Source of the DNA: Mobula hypostoma
Lineage: Eukaryota
Assembly: GCF_963921235.1 (NCBI RefSeq)
Contig: NC_086097.1
Location: 177,136,001 to 177,200,000, forward strand
Direction of reading: 5' to 3'
DNA: 64,000 nt
The notes under the pieces were generated by a model that was not told the origin of the DNA, did no database searches, and saw only the letters and a list, made by a program, of their open reading frames with translations. Both the position numbers and the translations under genes were made by a program. Positions 24,700 to 36,640 of this stretch are shown here, piece after piece. Each line of letters begins with the position of its first letter. Within the stretch, counting starts at the first letter, position 1.

Positions 24700-26539
24700 A
24701 CACACAAAACCAGCAGGCTTTAGAGACTCAGCAATTGTTACCACCTACAAAAGGAAAGGTGATCGATCCGAATGCGGAAACTATCGTGGAATTTCCCTGT
24801 TGGCAACAGCAGGAAAGATTCTCACCCACATCATGAACAACCGGCTCAAGCCTTTAGCCGAGGAGATCCTTCCGGAGACACAAGTCGGTTTTAGACCATC
24901 ACGTGGAGCAATCGACTTGATCTTCACAATGTGACAACTATAAGAAGAATGTCGTGAACAGTTTCAACCTTTGTACATGGCATTCATCGACCTCACCAAA
25001 GCCTTTGACTCAGTATCAAGGGAACTCCTATGGGATGTCCTATCCACCTATGGATGCCCTGAAAAGTACATTCGAATCCTGAGACTCCTCCACGATGACT
25101 TGCTTGCCACAGTCATGGTCAGCAACAGTAACTGTGAGCCTTTTCAAGTTAGATCAGGAGTAAAACAGGGATGCGTGATTGCCCCAACTTTGTTCACCAT
25201 CTTCATTGCGACAAACATCCACATTATCAAGGATGACCTACCCCCAGGAATCGAAATTGTCTACAGAACAGATGGCAGACTTTTCAATTTTGCCCATCTC
25301 AAGTCCAGAAACAAGACATCCACGAGTTCCCTCATCCAGTTCCAATACGCAGATGACAACAGTGTTGCAGCTCTTTCAGAAAACCACCTACAACAGATTC
25401 TGACTGCCTTCAACCGTGCATACACGAAACTTGGACTTACCATCAATTCCAAGAAAACTCAGATCATCTATCAACCGTCACCAACTGAGACAAATCGGAT
25501 AGAACCATCAATTCAACTTGGCGAAATAACCCTGGAAAACGTGGACCACTTCCCATATCTTGGAAGTCACCTCTCCTCCAATGTCGACCTTAATGACGAG
25601 ATCCAACATCGTCTTAAATGCGCTGGAACAGCTTTTGGATGTCTACGAACAAGATTCTTTCAGGATCATGACATCCGAACAGACACCAAAATGTTAGAGT
25701 ACAAAGCAGTGGTAATCCCAACGCTCCTGTATGCATCAGAAACCTGGACAAAATACCATCCACATCTGAAGGCACTTGAAAAGTTCCATCAACACTGTCT
25801 TCGAAACATCTTAAATATCAGCTGGGAAGATAGAAGAACCAACGTCAGTGTGCTAAATGAAGCAAAAACAACAAGCATTGAAGCCTACGTCATCAAGAAC
25901 CAACTAAGATGGAGCGGTCATGTTGTTCAGATGAAAGACGAATGTCTGCCAAAACAAATCTTCTACTCCCAGCTTAAAAAAGGCAAACGTAAAAGAGGCT
26001 GACAACAGGAGAGATTCAAAGACGTCTTAAAAGCCAACATGAAGAAATGTAACATCGGCATCAACAATTGGGAAACCAATGCCAAGAACAGGAAACTCTG
26101 GCAAGCCATCATCTGAGAAGGAACAGCAACTTTCAAAGCCAACAGATGTGCAGAATTAGAAGAAAAGAGAAGAAAATGGAAAGAGAGGCAGCAACAACCA
26201 AAGCACGATCTGCCATCTGGGACTACCTGTCCTGAATGCCGAAGAACTTTCAAAGCCAAGATTGGATTCATAAGCCACTTGAGAGCCCATAAGTAGATCA
26301 ACGGAACAAAGACCTTCATCCTCGACCTCGAGGGACAGCCACGACGACACACAAGATGCTGAAGGAACTCAGCAGATCAGGCAGCATCTATGAAAAAGAG
26401 TAAACAGTTGCCGTTTCTTGGCCTGAAATGTCAACTGTTTACTCTTTTCCACAAATGCTGCCCGACCTGTTGATTTTGTCCAGCATTTTGTGCATGTTGC
26501 TTTGGATTTCCAGCATCTGTAGGTTGTCTTGTGTTTCTG
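24700..26539. mobile_element. Older fold-back Penelope pLTR cassette, itself split by an RTE LINE
   Basis: TSD GCACTGTG(C/T)AAT at 24688-24699 and 26540-26551; inverted arms at ~26350-26420 and ~26420-26500. Confidence 0.75.
24708..26346 (+). mobile_element. RTE-clade LINE, 5'-truncated, RT plus C-terminal C2H2 zinc finger
   Basis: NYRGISLLATAGKIL, FIDLTKAFDSV, GVKQGCVIAP, QYADD; C-terminus CPECRRTFKAKIGFISHLRAHK* (~26228-26296); (ACG)n-like tail; TSD ACACACAA 24700-24707 / 26347-26354. Confidence 0.93.
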
Positions 26540-28199
26540 GCACTGTGTAATGAATTAATCTGTATAAGCACGATGCAAGACAGGATTTTCTCTGTATCTT
26601 GGTACATGTGACAATAATAAACCAAAACCAAATATTGGCCAGGACGGACGCATAACTCATCTTTGTTTTAGTATCACTGGATTGCATAAACCCACATGAG
26701 GTCACAGATATGGAAAAGTTCAGTGACCATTGGAACGTCTGAGAAAGGTCAATGCCCAAGATGCTGCTCTGCTAGGAGTGAAAAATAAGTGGAGCTCACT
26801 GACATTGCATACCCTAGTCTCCATTCAATCAGAAACCACCTCCCACAGATGTTCTTTGCCTCTTCTTCTTGGAAGTAAAAAAATTCTTAGGCTCTTCTTT
26901 CTAGTTCATCCATACTGACCAATTTACCTTTCCGAGCTCGGCGCATTTGCCCATGCTTGGCCATGTTCCTCAAAACCTTACCTGCCATATACCTGACAAA
27001 ATGTTTTTTTAATTGTTGTAATTTTACCGGCCTCAACCATTTCCACTGGTAGCTCATTCCACATAATCATGTTCCTCTGGTTTAAAAATTTGCCCTTCAT
27101 ATCACATAAAGTCAAAGTAGAATTTAATGCCGAGAGCACAAGTATGTGTATGCATAGGTGCAATAAAAATCTTCCTTGCAACAGCATCGTGGGCACATAG
27201 CATCATATAAGCAGTGTTCACAAGAAATGCATAAATTATGCAGAATTTCAACAAGAAAGGGTACAGTTAGAATAAGAGAAAAATGACGTCCATCATAGTG
27301 AAAGTGGCAAAAGGAATGCTATACTGAAGTCGTGATTAGGGTTGTACTGCTGGTTTAAGAAACAAGTTATTGATGGCAAGTTGCTGTTCTTGAAACTGGT
27401 TGTATGGGCGCCAGGCTTCTGTACTTCCTACCCAACCATAGCTGTAAGAAGATGGCGGTATGACCCAGATGTAGCGATCTTTGATCATGTATGTAGCCTT
27501 CCTGAAGCAGCTCCTCCTGTAGATACCACCAATAGTGGGAAGGGATGTGCACATGATGTATTGGGCAGAGTCCACTACTCTATAACCCTCATTCTGGCTT
27601 CAGCTAGGGAAATACTGTAACCTTATCTATGCCTCTCATAGTTTGAAATATTTCTAGAAGTCACTCCTCATTCTTCTATGTTCCAAGAAATAAAAGTCCT
27701 AGCCTGCCCAACTTCTCTCTATAACTCAGCCCCTCTGGACTTGGTCACATCCTCTTAAACCTGTACTGTACTCTTTTCAGTTTAACCACATCTTTCCTAG
27801 AACAAGGTGACCAAAACTGTAGACAGTACTCCAGGTGCTGCCTTACTAATGACATACACAACTGCAACATTATGTCCCAATTCCTATCCTCACTGTCCTG
27901 ATTGATGAAAGCCAATATGCTAAATACATTTTTTCACCACCACCTTCAGAAAACTACACTTGTACTCCCATCACACTTCCTAGTGCATTGCAATTCATTG
28001 TGTAAGTCATAGATTAGAGTTATCACCTCACATGTATGGGTTCCCACTCATCCTGTGGATCAGTTCCATACGTGTCGGGAATGTGTTGGCGATGAGGTGC
28101 AGTATTATAGCCAGAAAGATTGAAGAGAGGGCTAGTTCAAAAACATATCAACTGCTTTCTTTTTCACCTTGAATTTACAAACCTGCTTCTTCCCCATCC

Positions 28200-28475
28200 T
28201 CTGCCTTCCACTTCTCTTCATCCATCATGTACTACCTGCAAGCTACACTCCAATTCACACACAATTCTGACTTGGAAATGTGGCACTGTTCCTTCACCAT
28301 CACTGGGTCAAAATCCTGGGTCTCCCTCCAGAACAGCTCTGTTGATACTCCCACAGCTCAAGGACTGCAGCAGTTCAAGAAGGTAACTCACTACCAACTT
28401 CTCAAGGACATCTAGGGGTGGGCAATTAAATGTGGACTCAGCCTAGGAACCCCACAGCCCTTGAATAAGTAAAAG
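28200..28475 (+). mobile_element. Ancient L2/CR1-group LINE 3' end
   Basis: SFTITGSKSWVSLQNS..GLQQFKK..HYQLLKD peptide; related pieces at ~38290-38430, 47770-48115 and 55440-55620. Confidence 0.6.
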
Positions 28476-28819
28476 AAAGTCACAAGAAATGCCACATTCC
28501 TCATCTCTCAACCAGGATCTCTGTTCTAGCCCCTCCATTAGCATGGAGATGAAGAGGAACTGCTTTTCCCAGAGACGAGTGAATCTGTAGAATTGTCTGC
28601 CCAGGGAAGCAGAGTACATATATTTCAGACACTGTTAGATTGATGTTTGTATAGCAGGGGAATTAAGGGTTGTGGAGAAAATGCAGGTAGCTGGAGCTGA
28701 GTCCACAGCCAGAACAGCCAACTGTGGTCTTTCTGAGTGGTGAAGCTGGCTCGATGGCCAGATGGCCTATTCCTGCTCCTAGTTCCAATGTTCTTAAAAT
28801 CATTTTCAAATCAAACATA

Positions 28820-29059
28820 CATTCTCCTTTCTGTTCTCATTCTCCTTTCATGCTTTCTTTCCCTTTGTTACTCTTTTTCTTATTAGTCCATATTTCTCTC
28901 CTTTTTCCTTCTTTTGAGTTTCTCTTTTTCCTTTCAATCTCTCCTCTTTCCCCTCGTTCTTTTCATTCTTCCTTCCTTTCTTTCATTCCTTCCTTCCCTC
29001 TGTCTCCTTAATTCTATTTCGCTTTTTCCCTCCTTCACACCTCCCCCCTCTCTTTACAG
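28820..29059 (+). repeat. Long polypyrimidine low-complexity tract ending in TTTACAG
   Basis: ~240 bp almost entirely C/T, ending in a canonical splice acceptor at 29059. Confidence 0.8.
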
Positions 29060-29444
29060 ACAAGTAGCCGTGCTTATACATGGCTCCAGCTGAGTGGATA
29101 CTTTCGACTGACTGAATTCCCAGGGAACATACATCAGAGATGACCTTGTATGGACCGTCAGATGCCCTCGTACCTGATAACGGATCCCACAAAGAGTTCA
29201 GCTGTGTACTCTACAGAGATGCATGAGAAAACCAAACTATATTTACACAAAATTTCTAGACGATAACACACAGGAATGTCAAGGTTAGCAATCCAATGTA
29301 ATGTGCTGGCAATAGTCAGCTAACAATGCATTGAGAAAACACCATTCAATTCGAAAAGTGGACAAAGTTTATTTCCATTGACACAGCATGATTCAATAAA
29401 ACACATTCACTTTAATCTCTTCTTTGGTCTAATCTTGAATAAGC

Positions 29445-29874
29445 CTAGGTGGGAATTCCCGCTGACGGTGTCTTGGATAACAAAGGACTGATTGAAACTT
29501 CGGGGGACTTTATTCGTTCAGGCACTGTGCCTTGTGAAAATGTTTGAAGCAGCATTTCGCACCCCATCACTGGGATTGTAACTGCAAGAGCGAAGGAGGA
29601 ATTCCAACAAAGAAAACAATTGCTCAGGCAATGCGAATAACCTTGCTGGTTTGAGTACAAAAGAAAAAGCAGAGAACAGAATGCTGGAGGAGGAGGGAAC
29701 AAAAGACCTTGAGACTCTACTTGTGTACTTACTCTCTCTAAACTGTAGGTGGCTGTGTATCTGTACACCGCCAATTTGTCCATGTCTGTCTGCCTCAGTC
29801 TCTGTGTCTTTCTGATATAGATATTCTAGCCATCTGGACACAAGCTGGGGTCTGATCAGCCCCCGCTGGCTCAC
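29445..29874 (-). other. Candidate last two exons of an unrecognised transcript (29874-29733 and 29581-29445)
   Basis: Acceptor CTCCAG at 29875, donor GTAAGT at 29732-29727, acceptor after a pyrimidine tract CTCTTGCAG at 29582. Spliced frame is open to TAG at 29447-29445; AATAAA at 29373-29368. No recognised homology. Confidence 0.3.
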
Positions 29875-29940
29875 CTGGAGGAGGTTGTATGATGTTGAAA
29901 GACCGGAAACACCCAATGATTCCAGGAACATCACTGAAGA

Positions 29941-30177
29941 GCAACACACATAAAAGTTGCTGGTGAACACAGCATTCTGGGCAGCATCTCTAGGAAAAGG
30001 CACAGTCGACGTTTCGGGCCGAAACCCTTCGTCAGGACTAACTGAAAGAAGAGCTAGTAAAACACTTTAATCCCTTACTAGAGATCTTCCTAGAGATGCT
30101 GCCTGGCCTGCTGTGTTCACCAGCAACTTTTATGTGTGTTGCTTGAAATTCTAGCATCTGCAGATTTCCTCGTGTTT
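29941..30177. mobile_element. Fold-back Penelope-like pLTR cassette with 13-bp TSD
   Basis: TSD ACATCACTGAAGA at 29928-29940 and 30178-30190; inverted arms 29941-29997 and ~30085-30142. Confidence 0.9.
30004..30039 (-). ncRNA. Minimal type I hammerhead ribozyme
   Basis: Minus-strand RNA AGUC CUGACGA A GGGU UUCG GCCC GAAA CGUC^GACU; intact core, stem II capped by UUCG. Confidence 0.85.
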
Positions 30178-31099
30178 ACATCACTGAAGATGTGTCCAGA
30201 AGCATCAGTAGATGTATGTACACTGTAAGCTATTGAAGCATACAAAAGAACTGGGAGCTCTGTTTCCCAGGAGACAGTTAGCTCAGAGCTATGTTTGCCG
30301 CTTTGATCTTTCAACACTTCTACACTTCAACAAAGCTGGAGAGGTGTCATAGAGTCACAGAGTTATAGAGCACAGGGACAGGTCCTTTGGTCCAACTTTA
30401 TACCAACCAAGCTGTCCATCTAAACTAGTCCTACTTCTCAGAATTCTCCAAATCATAAGGCAGTAGAATTAGACTTTTAGGTCCATTGAGTCTCTTCCAC
30501 CATTCTGTCATGGCTGATTTATTTTCTCTCTCAACCCCATTCTCCTGCCTTCTACCTGCAACTGTCAACACTCTTACTAATCAAAAGCCTATCAGTCTCC
30601 CCAGTGACCTAACCGTCTGTGTCAATGAATTCCATAGACTCACCACTCTCTTGCTAAAGTTTCTCCTTACCCAGAATCATGTTTATTATCACTGATTTAT
30701 ATGATGTGAAATTTGTTTTGCGGTAGCAGTACAGTGTGAGATATAAAATTACTGTAAGTGACAAAATAAATACACAGAGCAAAAGACTTTTTTTACAGTC
30801 TTACAGATTTTTATATTCTGTGCTTTTCACCCTATCTTTCTTGTTTGGAGGAGAGGGGGATTTGGGGGTCAATATGCCCATTCCATTTTTGTTCTTTTTT
30901 GTGAGAGGAGGAGGGACTTGAGGGTTGATTATCATGCTGCTGTTCTTTTCTTTCTTGTTTTTTCTGGCTATCTGGAGAAGAAATATTTCAGGGTTGTATA
31001 CTTAGTAAACCTTGGAGAAGAGGAATAGTCTGTAGTCTTCAAGGGATCACAGACAATTCAGAAATCTGGTGTTGGAGGGGAAGAAACTCTTCATGCACG

Positions 31100-31592
31100 A
31101 AACCCTAGAAAGGGTGCAGAGGAGATTTACAAGGATGTTGTCTAGATTAGGGAGCATGCCTTATGAGAATAGATTGAGTGAACTCGGCCTTTTCTCCTTG
31201 GAGCGATGGAGGATGTGAGGTGACCTGATAGAGGTGTACAAGATAATGAGAGGCATTGATCGTGTGGATAGTCAGAGGCTTTTTCCCAGAGCTGAAATGG
31301 CTAACACGAGAGGGCATAGTTTTACGGTGCTTGGAAGTAGGTACAGAGGAGACGTCAGGGTTAATTTTTTTTACACAGAGAGTGGTGAGTGCATGGAATG
31401 GGCTTCCAGTGGCGGTGATGGAGGCAGAAACGATAGGGTCTTTTAAGAGGCTCCTGGATAGGTACATGGAGCTTTGAAAAATAGAGGGCTATGGGTAAAG
31501 CTAGGTAGTTCTAAGGTAAGGATATGTCTGGCACAGCTTTGTGGGCCGAAGGGCCTGTATTGTGCTGTAGGTTTTCTATGTTTCTATGTTCT
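31100..31592 (+). mobile_element. CR1 3' end
   Basis: YKIMRGIDRVDSQRLFP, FFTQRVVSAWNGLP and a TTTCTATGTTTCTATG tail. Confidence 0.9.
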
Positions 31593-31698
31593 GCCTAATG
31601 ATACACATTGTATCAAAAAGACAACCTCAGGTAGGCAGAGGAGCTGGGGTGGCTCTGTTGGCAAAAAATGAATTGAAATCCTTAGAAAAAGGTGACAT

Positions 31699-32380
31699 AG
31701 TCAAGTCAAGTTTATTGTCATTTCGACCATAAGCTGCTGGTACAGTACACAGTAAAAATGAAACAATGTTCCTCCAGGACCATGGTGCTACATGAAACAA
31801 CACAAAACTACACTAAACGATGTGAGACAGCACAAGGCTACACTAGACTATGTAAAACAACATAAAAACTGCACTAGACTACAGACCTGCTCAGGACTAC
31901 ATAAAGTGCACAAAGCAGTGCAGGGCAGTACAATAATTAATAAGCAAGACAATCAGCACAGTAGAGGACAAATTACAATATAATAATAAATGATGTAGAT
32001 GTCAGTCTAGACTCTGAGTATTGAGGAGTTTGATGGCTTGGGGGAAGAAACTGTTGCACAGTCTGGTCGTGAGAGCCCGAATGCTTCGGTACCTTTTGCT
32101 GGATGGCAGGAGGGAGAAGAGTTTGTGTGAGGGGTCTGTGGGGTCCTTCACAATACTGTTAGCTTTGTGGGTGCAGCGTGTGGTGTAAATATCTGTGATA
32201 ACAGGAAGAGAGACCCCGATGATCTTCTCAGCTGACCTCACTATCCGCTGCAGGGTCTTGCGATCCGAGACAGTGTAATTCCCGAACCAGGCAGTGATGC
32301 AGCTGCTCAGGATGCTCTCAATACAACCTCTGTAGAATGTGGTGAGGATGGGGGGTGGGAGATGGACTTTTCTCAGCCTT
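31699..32380 (-). mobile_element. Rex1/Babar 3' end (subfamily with (TTGAC)n tail)
   Basis: ORF 32002-32241 (RSAEKIIG..DPSHKLFSLLPSSKRYRSI..NSFFPQAI) and tail AGTCAAGTCAAG. Confidence 0.88.
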
Positions 32381-34360
32381 CAGGATCAGAAGATATAGAA
32401 TCCTTGTGGGTTGAGATAAGAAACCGCAATGGCAAAAAGACCCGATGAGAGTTATTTATATGTCATGAGCCACAGAATGTTGGGTTCTGGGTTTCTCAAA
32501 CATTCAGTAATTGTTGGAGGAAGTAAGCCCAGATGCTTTCAGTTTAATCGTGTCAAGTTAATTGTGATTGGCACCTGTTTTCTGGACACTATGATTATTT
32601 AAAGGGGACTCTCATTGTGCTCTGGAGGCAGAGTCATACTGTGTGTTTGGGTGAATGGTTTGTCTCACAGTGCTGCTTTGTCATGCCTCCTATGTCCTGT
32701 TGGTATTCTTATGCCTAACCCCTTGTTTCTTTCTCTTCATGGGGATTCTGCCATTCCTCTGCTCCTGGGTCAGGTCATAGCTGGGGCTCACCGTGGCAGT
32801 CTGCCGTCCTCCGCATCTGGGTTGCATTGGTGCCAGCGACAAAGAGAGCCTACTGTTCCTTAACGCTTGAATCCAGCCTTACAAGCGTGCACCATGACAG
32901 TTATATACAGGCCTCCGAACAGTAGCCAGGATATGGACTGCAAACTACAACGGGAGATAGAAAATGCATGTCAGAAAGGAAATGCTATGATAGGTATGGG
33001 GGATTTCAAAAAAGCAGGTAGATCGGAAAAATCATGTTGGTGCTGGATCCCAAGAGAGAGAACATGTCGAATGCCTATGTGATGACTTTTTAGAACAGCT
33101 TGTGGTTGAGCCCACCAAGGGAAAGGCTTCACTAGATTGGGTGGTGTATAATGCACTGGACTTGATTTTGGACCTTAAGGTAAATGAACCCTTAGAAGGC
33201 AGTGAACATAACATGATAGACTTCACCCTTCAATTTGAAAAGGGAGAAGATAAAGTCAGATGTATCAGTATTACACTGGAGTAAATAGAATTATAGAGGC
33301 ATGAGGGAGAGCTGGTCAAAGCTGATTAGAAAGCAACACTATTAGGGATGACAGCAGACCAGCAATGGCTGAAGTTTCTCGGGACAATTCATGAAGCGCA
33401 GTATAGAAACATTCCAAAGATGAAGAAGTATTCCAAAAGGAGAATGAGACAACCAACATTACTTATAAGACAGCATAAAAGCAAAGAAAGGGCGTATGAA
33501 AGAGCAAAACTTAGTGGGAAGGTCTGAAAGTAGATAACTCAATTGAACCAGATGGAGTACACCCCAGGGTTCTGAAAGAGGTAGCTGAAGAGATTGTGGA
33601 AGCATTAGTAATGAACTTTCAAGAATCACTAGATTCTGGGTTCATTCCAGAGGACTGGAAAATTGCAAATGTCACTCCACTCTTCAAGAAGAGAGGGAGA
33701 CTGAAGATAATAAATTATAGGCCAGTTAGCCTGACCTCAGTGGTTAGGAAGAAAATGTTGGAGTCAATTGTTGAGCTAGAAGTCTCAGGGTCCTTGGAGT
33801 CACATGTAAAATAGGCCAAAGTCAGCATGGTTTCCATAAGGGAAGATTGTGCCTGACAGATCTTTGGAATCCTTTGAGGAAATACCAAGCAGGATAGACA
33901 GAGGAGAATTGGTGGATGTTGTGTACTTGGATTTTCAGAAGGACTGAAGGACACAAGGTGCCACACAGGAGGTTGTTTAACAAGATAAGAGCACCTGGTA
34001 TTACAAGAAAGATACTAGCATGGATAGGGGATTAGCCAGTTGGCAGAAGGCAAAGCGAGGGAAAAAACGGAGTCTTTTCTTGGCTGCCAGTGACTAGTGG
34101 TGTTCCATAGTTGAGACCACTTCTTTTTAAGATATAAGTCAATTACTTGGATGATAGAATTGATGGCTTTGTGGCCAGGCTTACCAATGATATGAAAATA
34201 AGTGGAGGGGCATGTAGTGTTGAAGCAAGGAGGCTGCAAAAGGATAAAGATGGAATACAGTGTTAGGAAGTGTATGGTCATGCATTTTGGTGGAAAGAGT
34301 AAAAGCATAGACTATTTTCTAAATGGGGAAAAAAATCCAAAAATCAAAGGGATTTGGGAG
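32381..34360 (+). mobile_element. Old CR1 ORF2 fragment (APE endonuclease to RT), lacking its 3' end
   Basis: VIYRPPNS, MGDF, PLEGSEHNMIDF, PEDWKIANVTPLFKK, YRPVSLTSVV. Confidence 0.85.
32461..32899. mobile_element. Short LTR-like insertion, 439 bp
   Basis: Termini TGTCATG...CATGACA; interrupts CR1 at GTTAT(A)TA with an ambiguous target duplication. Confidence 0.6.
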
Positions 34361-36640
34361 TATCTTTCCTCTAATACCATGGGCTCTTATCACTTAAGCA
34401 GCCTCACGTGCGACAGCTTGTCAAAGGCCTTCAGAAAATCCATGTAAGCAACACCCACTGACTCTCCTTTGTCTATCCTGCCCGTTATTTCATCAAAGAA
34501 TTCCTTCAGAATTGTCAGACTGACTTTGGCCTACTATATCATGTGCCTCCATGTATCTCAATACCTCAGCATTCATAATGGACTCCAACATCTTCCCAAC
34601 CAGTGAAGAAATTTAAAGAGTGGAACAACATTTGCAATTTTCCAATCTTCTGGAACCATTACAGAATCCACTGATTCTTAATAGATTACTATTAATTCCT
34701 CCACAATCTTTTTATATGCCTCTTTAAAAGCCGTGGGGTGTAGTCCTTCTTGTCCAGGTGACTTCTTTACTTTCAAACCTTTCAGCTTCCCAAGCACCTT
34801 CTCCCTAGCAATAGCAATTGCACACACTTCTGCCCTCTGACAATCCAGCATACTGCTAGTATATTCTACAGTGAAGACTGACACAAAATACTTATTGTTC
34901 ATCTGAAATTTCTTTGTCCCCCTTACTACCACTCCAGCATCATTTATCAATAGCCCAATGTTCTCTCTCGTCTCTCTTTTACTCTTCATATATTTGAACA
35001 ATCTTTTAGTAACCTCTTTGGTATTATTGGCCAGCTTACCTTCATATTTCTTCTTTTCTCTCCTTATGGCTTTTTTAGTTGTCTTCTATTAGATGTTAAA
35101 AGCTTTTCAATCCTCTAACTTCCCACTAATTTTTGCTCTATTATATGCCATCTCTTTCATTTATGCTGCTCAAAAAAAGCCACCTCTAAGGCATTCTACA
35201 AATTAGCTCTCTTGGAATCCTGCAACAACCTGATTTTCCCAATCATTCTGCATATTGTGTTACATACCTCATGGATGTCTTGTGACTGTCTTATGACCAT
35301 GATGTAATTGAGTGTCTTATGAGCATGATGTAATGGGCTTGAGGAGGTCATATAATGTAATTTTCCCGCCAGTGAGACCCCTGATGTGACGCAGTTAGTT
35401 TTCAGTTTAGTTTTGTGTTAGATACTCCGTTTTGCTGCGTATTCGGCTTATGACGCAGTTTTGTTTTAAAGTGGAGTTCTACTTTCTGTTGTAAGTAGTA
35501 TTGGAGAGTGAAGACCTTACCAAAGTACAGGAATTCACCAAGTCAAGTAAAGCTGATATCGTTTGGCGGTTTTGGAGAAGATCGACCTTTATTGAATCTT
35601 AGTTCAAGAAAAAGTGACCTGCAACTGAGATATCCCCTGCTAAAGTAAGAAGGATAGTGCAGTGTCTATTCTTCAGAGGAAAAGATCAGTTCCTTTAAAC
35701 CGTTTTATTTCCATCATTGTGAATCCTGCAGACAAGGCAAATTCTGGCTGGGATCAGCAGTAACATGACGTCTTCGAGGAATTCTTTACTTCAGGAAAGT
35801 CTCTCCTAATTGACTGTATAAATCTCTTGGACTTTCGAATTTACCATTCTAAGAACTGTGTTTGAATTTACCACTTTAAGAACTGTTTTTGCATTTACCC
35901 TTTTAAGAACTGTTCCAGAGTTGCCGTATAGCAGTTAACTTCTGGTTAAGTCAGTCGTTTAAATATATTTCACTATTTATTTTAGCAGAGTTTAATAAAT
36001 ATTTGTTTGTTTTTCATAAAACCTGACTCAATTCTATATTCATTGTTGCCGGTCTCGTGGCAATTGAAATCCGCATAATTTATCGCAACATTGCTCTTAT
36101 TGCATGCCTTTTCTATGTCCCTTTGTAATTGAGATCCCACATCTTGGCTACTATTTGGAGGCCTCTATATAACTCATATATAACTCCCATTCTAGTTCTA
36201 TAACTAGTATATAACTCCCACCAGGGTCTTCTTACCCTTTCCATTTAACTCCACCCACAAGGTTTCTTCACCTTCTGAACCTATGTCACCTCTTTCTAAG
36301 GATTTGATTTCATTTTTTAACAGCAGAGCCACCCCACCCTCCTGTCTTTTGCCTGTCCTTCTAATACACTGTGTATCCTTGAATGTTAAGCTCCCAACTG
36401 TGATCTTCTTTCAACTACGACTCAGTGATGCCCACGTCATACCTATATTCAAATATAAGACCTTCAGCCCTGTATTCATCACCTTTTTCAATTTACCCCC
36501 CACCTTACACTTTAATTCATCCCACTGACTGTGATTTTGCCCTATCACCTATCTGTCCTTCCTCACAATCTCTCTACACAATACATATACCAAACGCCCC
36601 ATCCTGAGCCCTTTCACTCCAGTTCCTCTCCCCCTGCAGT
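34361..36640 (-). mobile_element. Old CR1 ORF2 fragment, inverted relative to its neighbour and lacking its 3' end
   Basis: ORF 34678-35001 (FKYMKSKR..NKYFVSVFTVE..KSPGQEGLHP) and endonuclease-region sequence toward 36600. Confidence 0.82.
35258..36062 (+). mobile_element. Solo LTR, 805 bp
   Basis: TG...CA termini (TGTTAC...GTGGCA); 4-bp TSD ATTG (35254-35257 / 36063-36066); AATAAA 35994-35999; CR1 host CATATTGAAATCC is restored on excision. Confidence 0.85.

Noticed and set aside
29518..29581. HEAT-repeat-like peptide YNPSDGVRNAASNIFTRHSA as the terminal coding frame
   Set aside because: The upstream exon has a stop in the phase needed to join it, and the similarity is too short to support.
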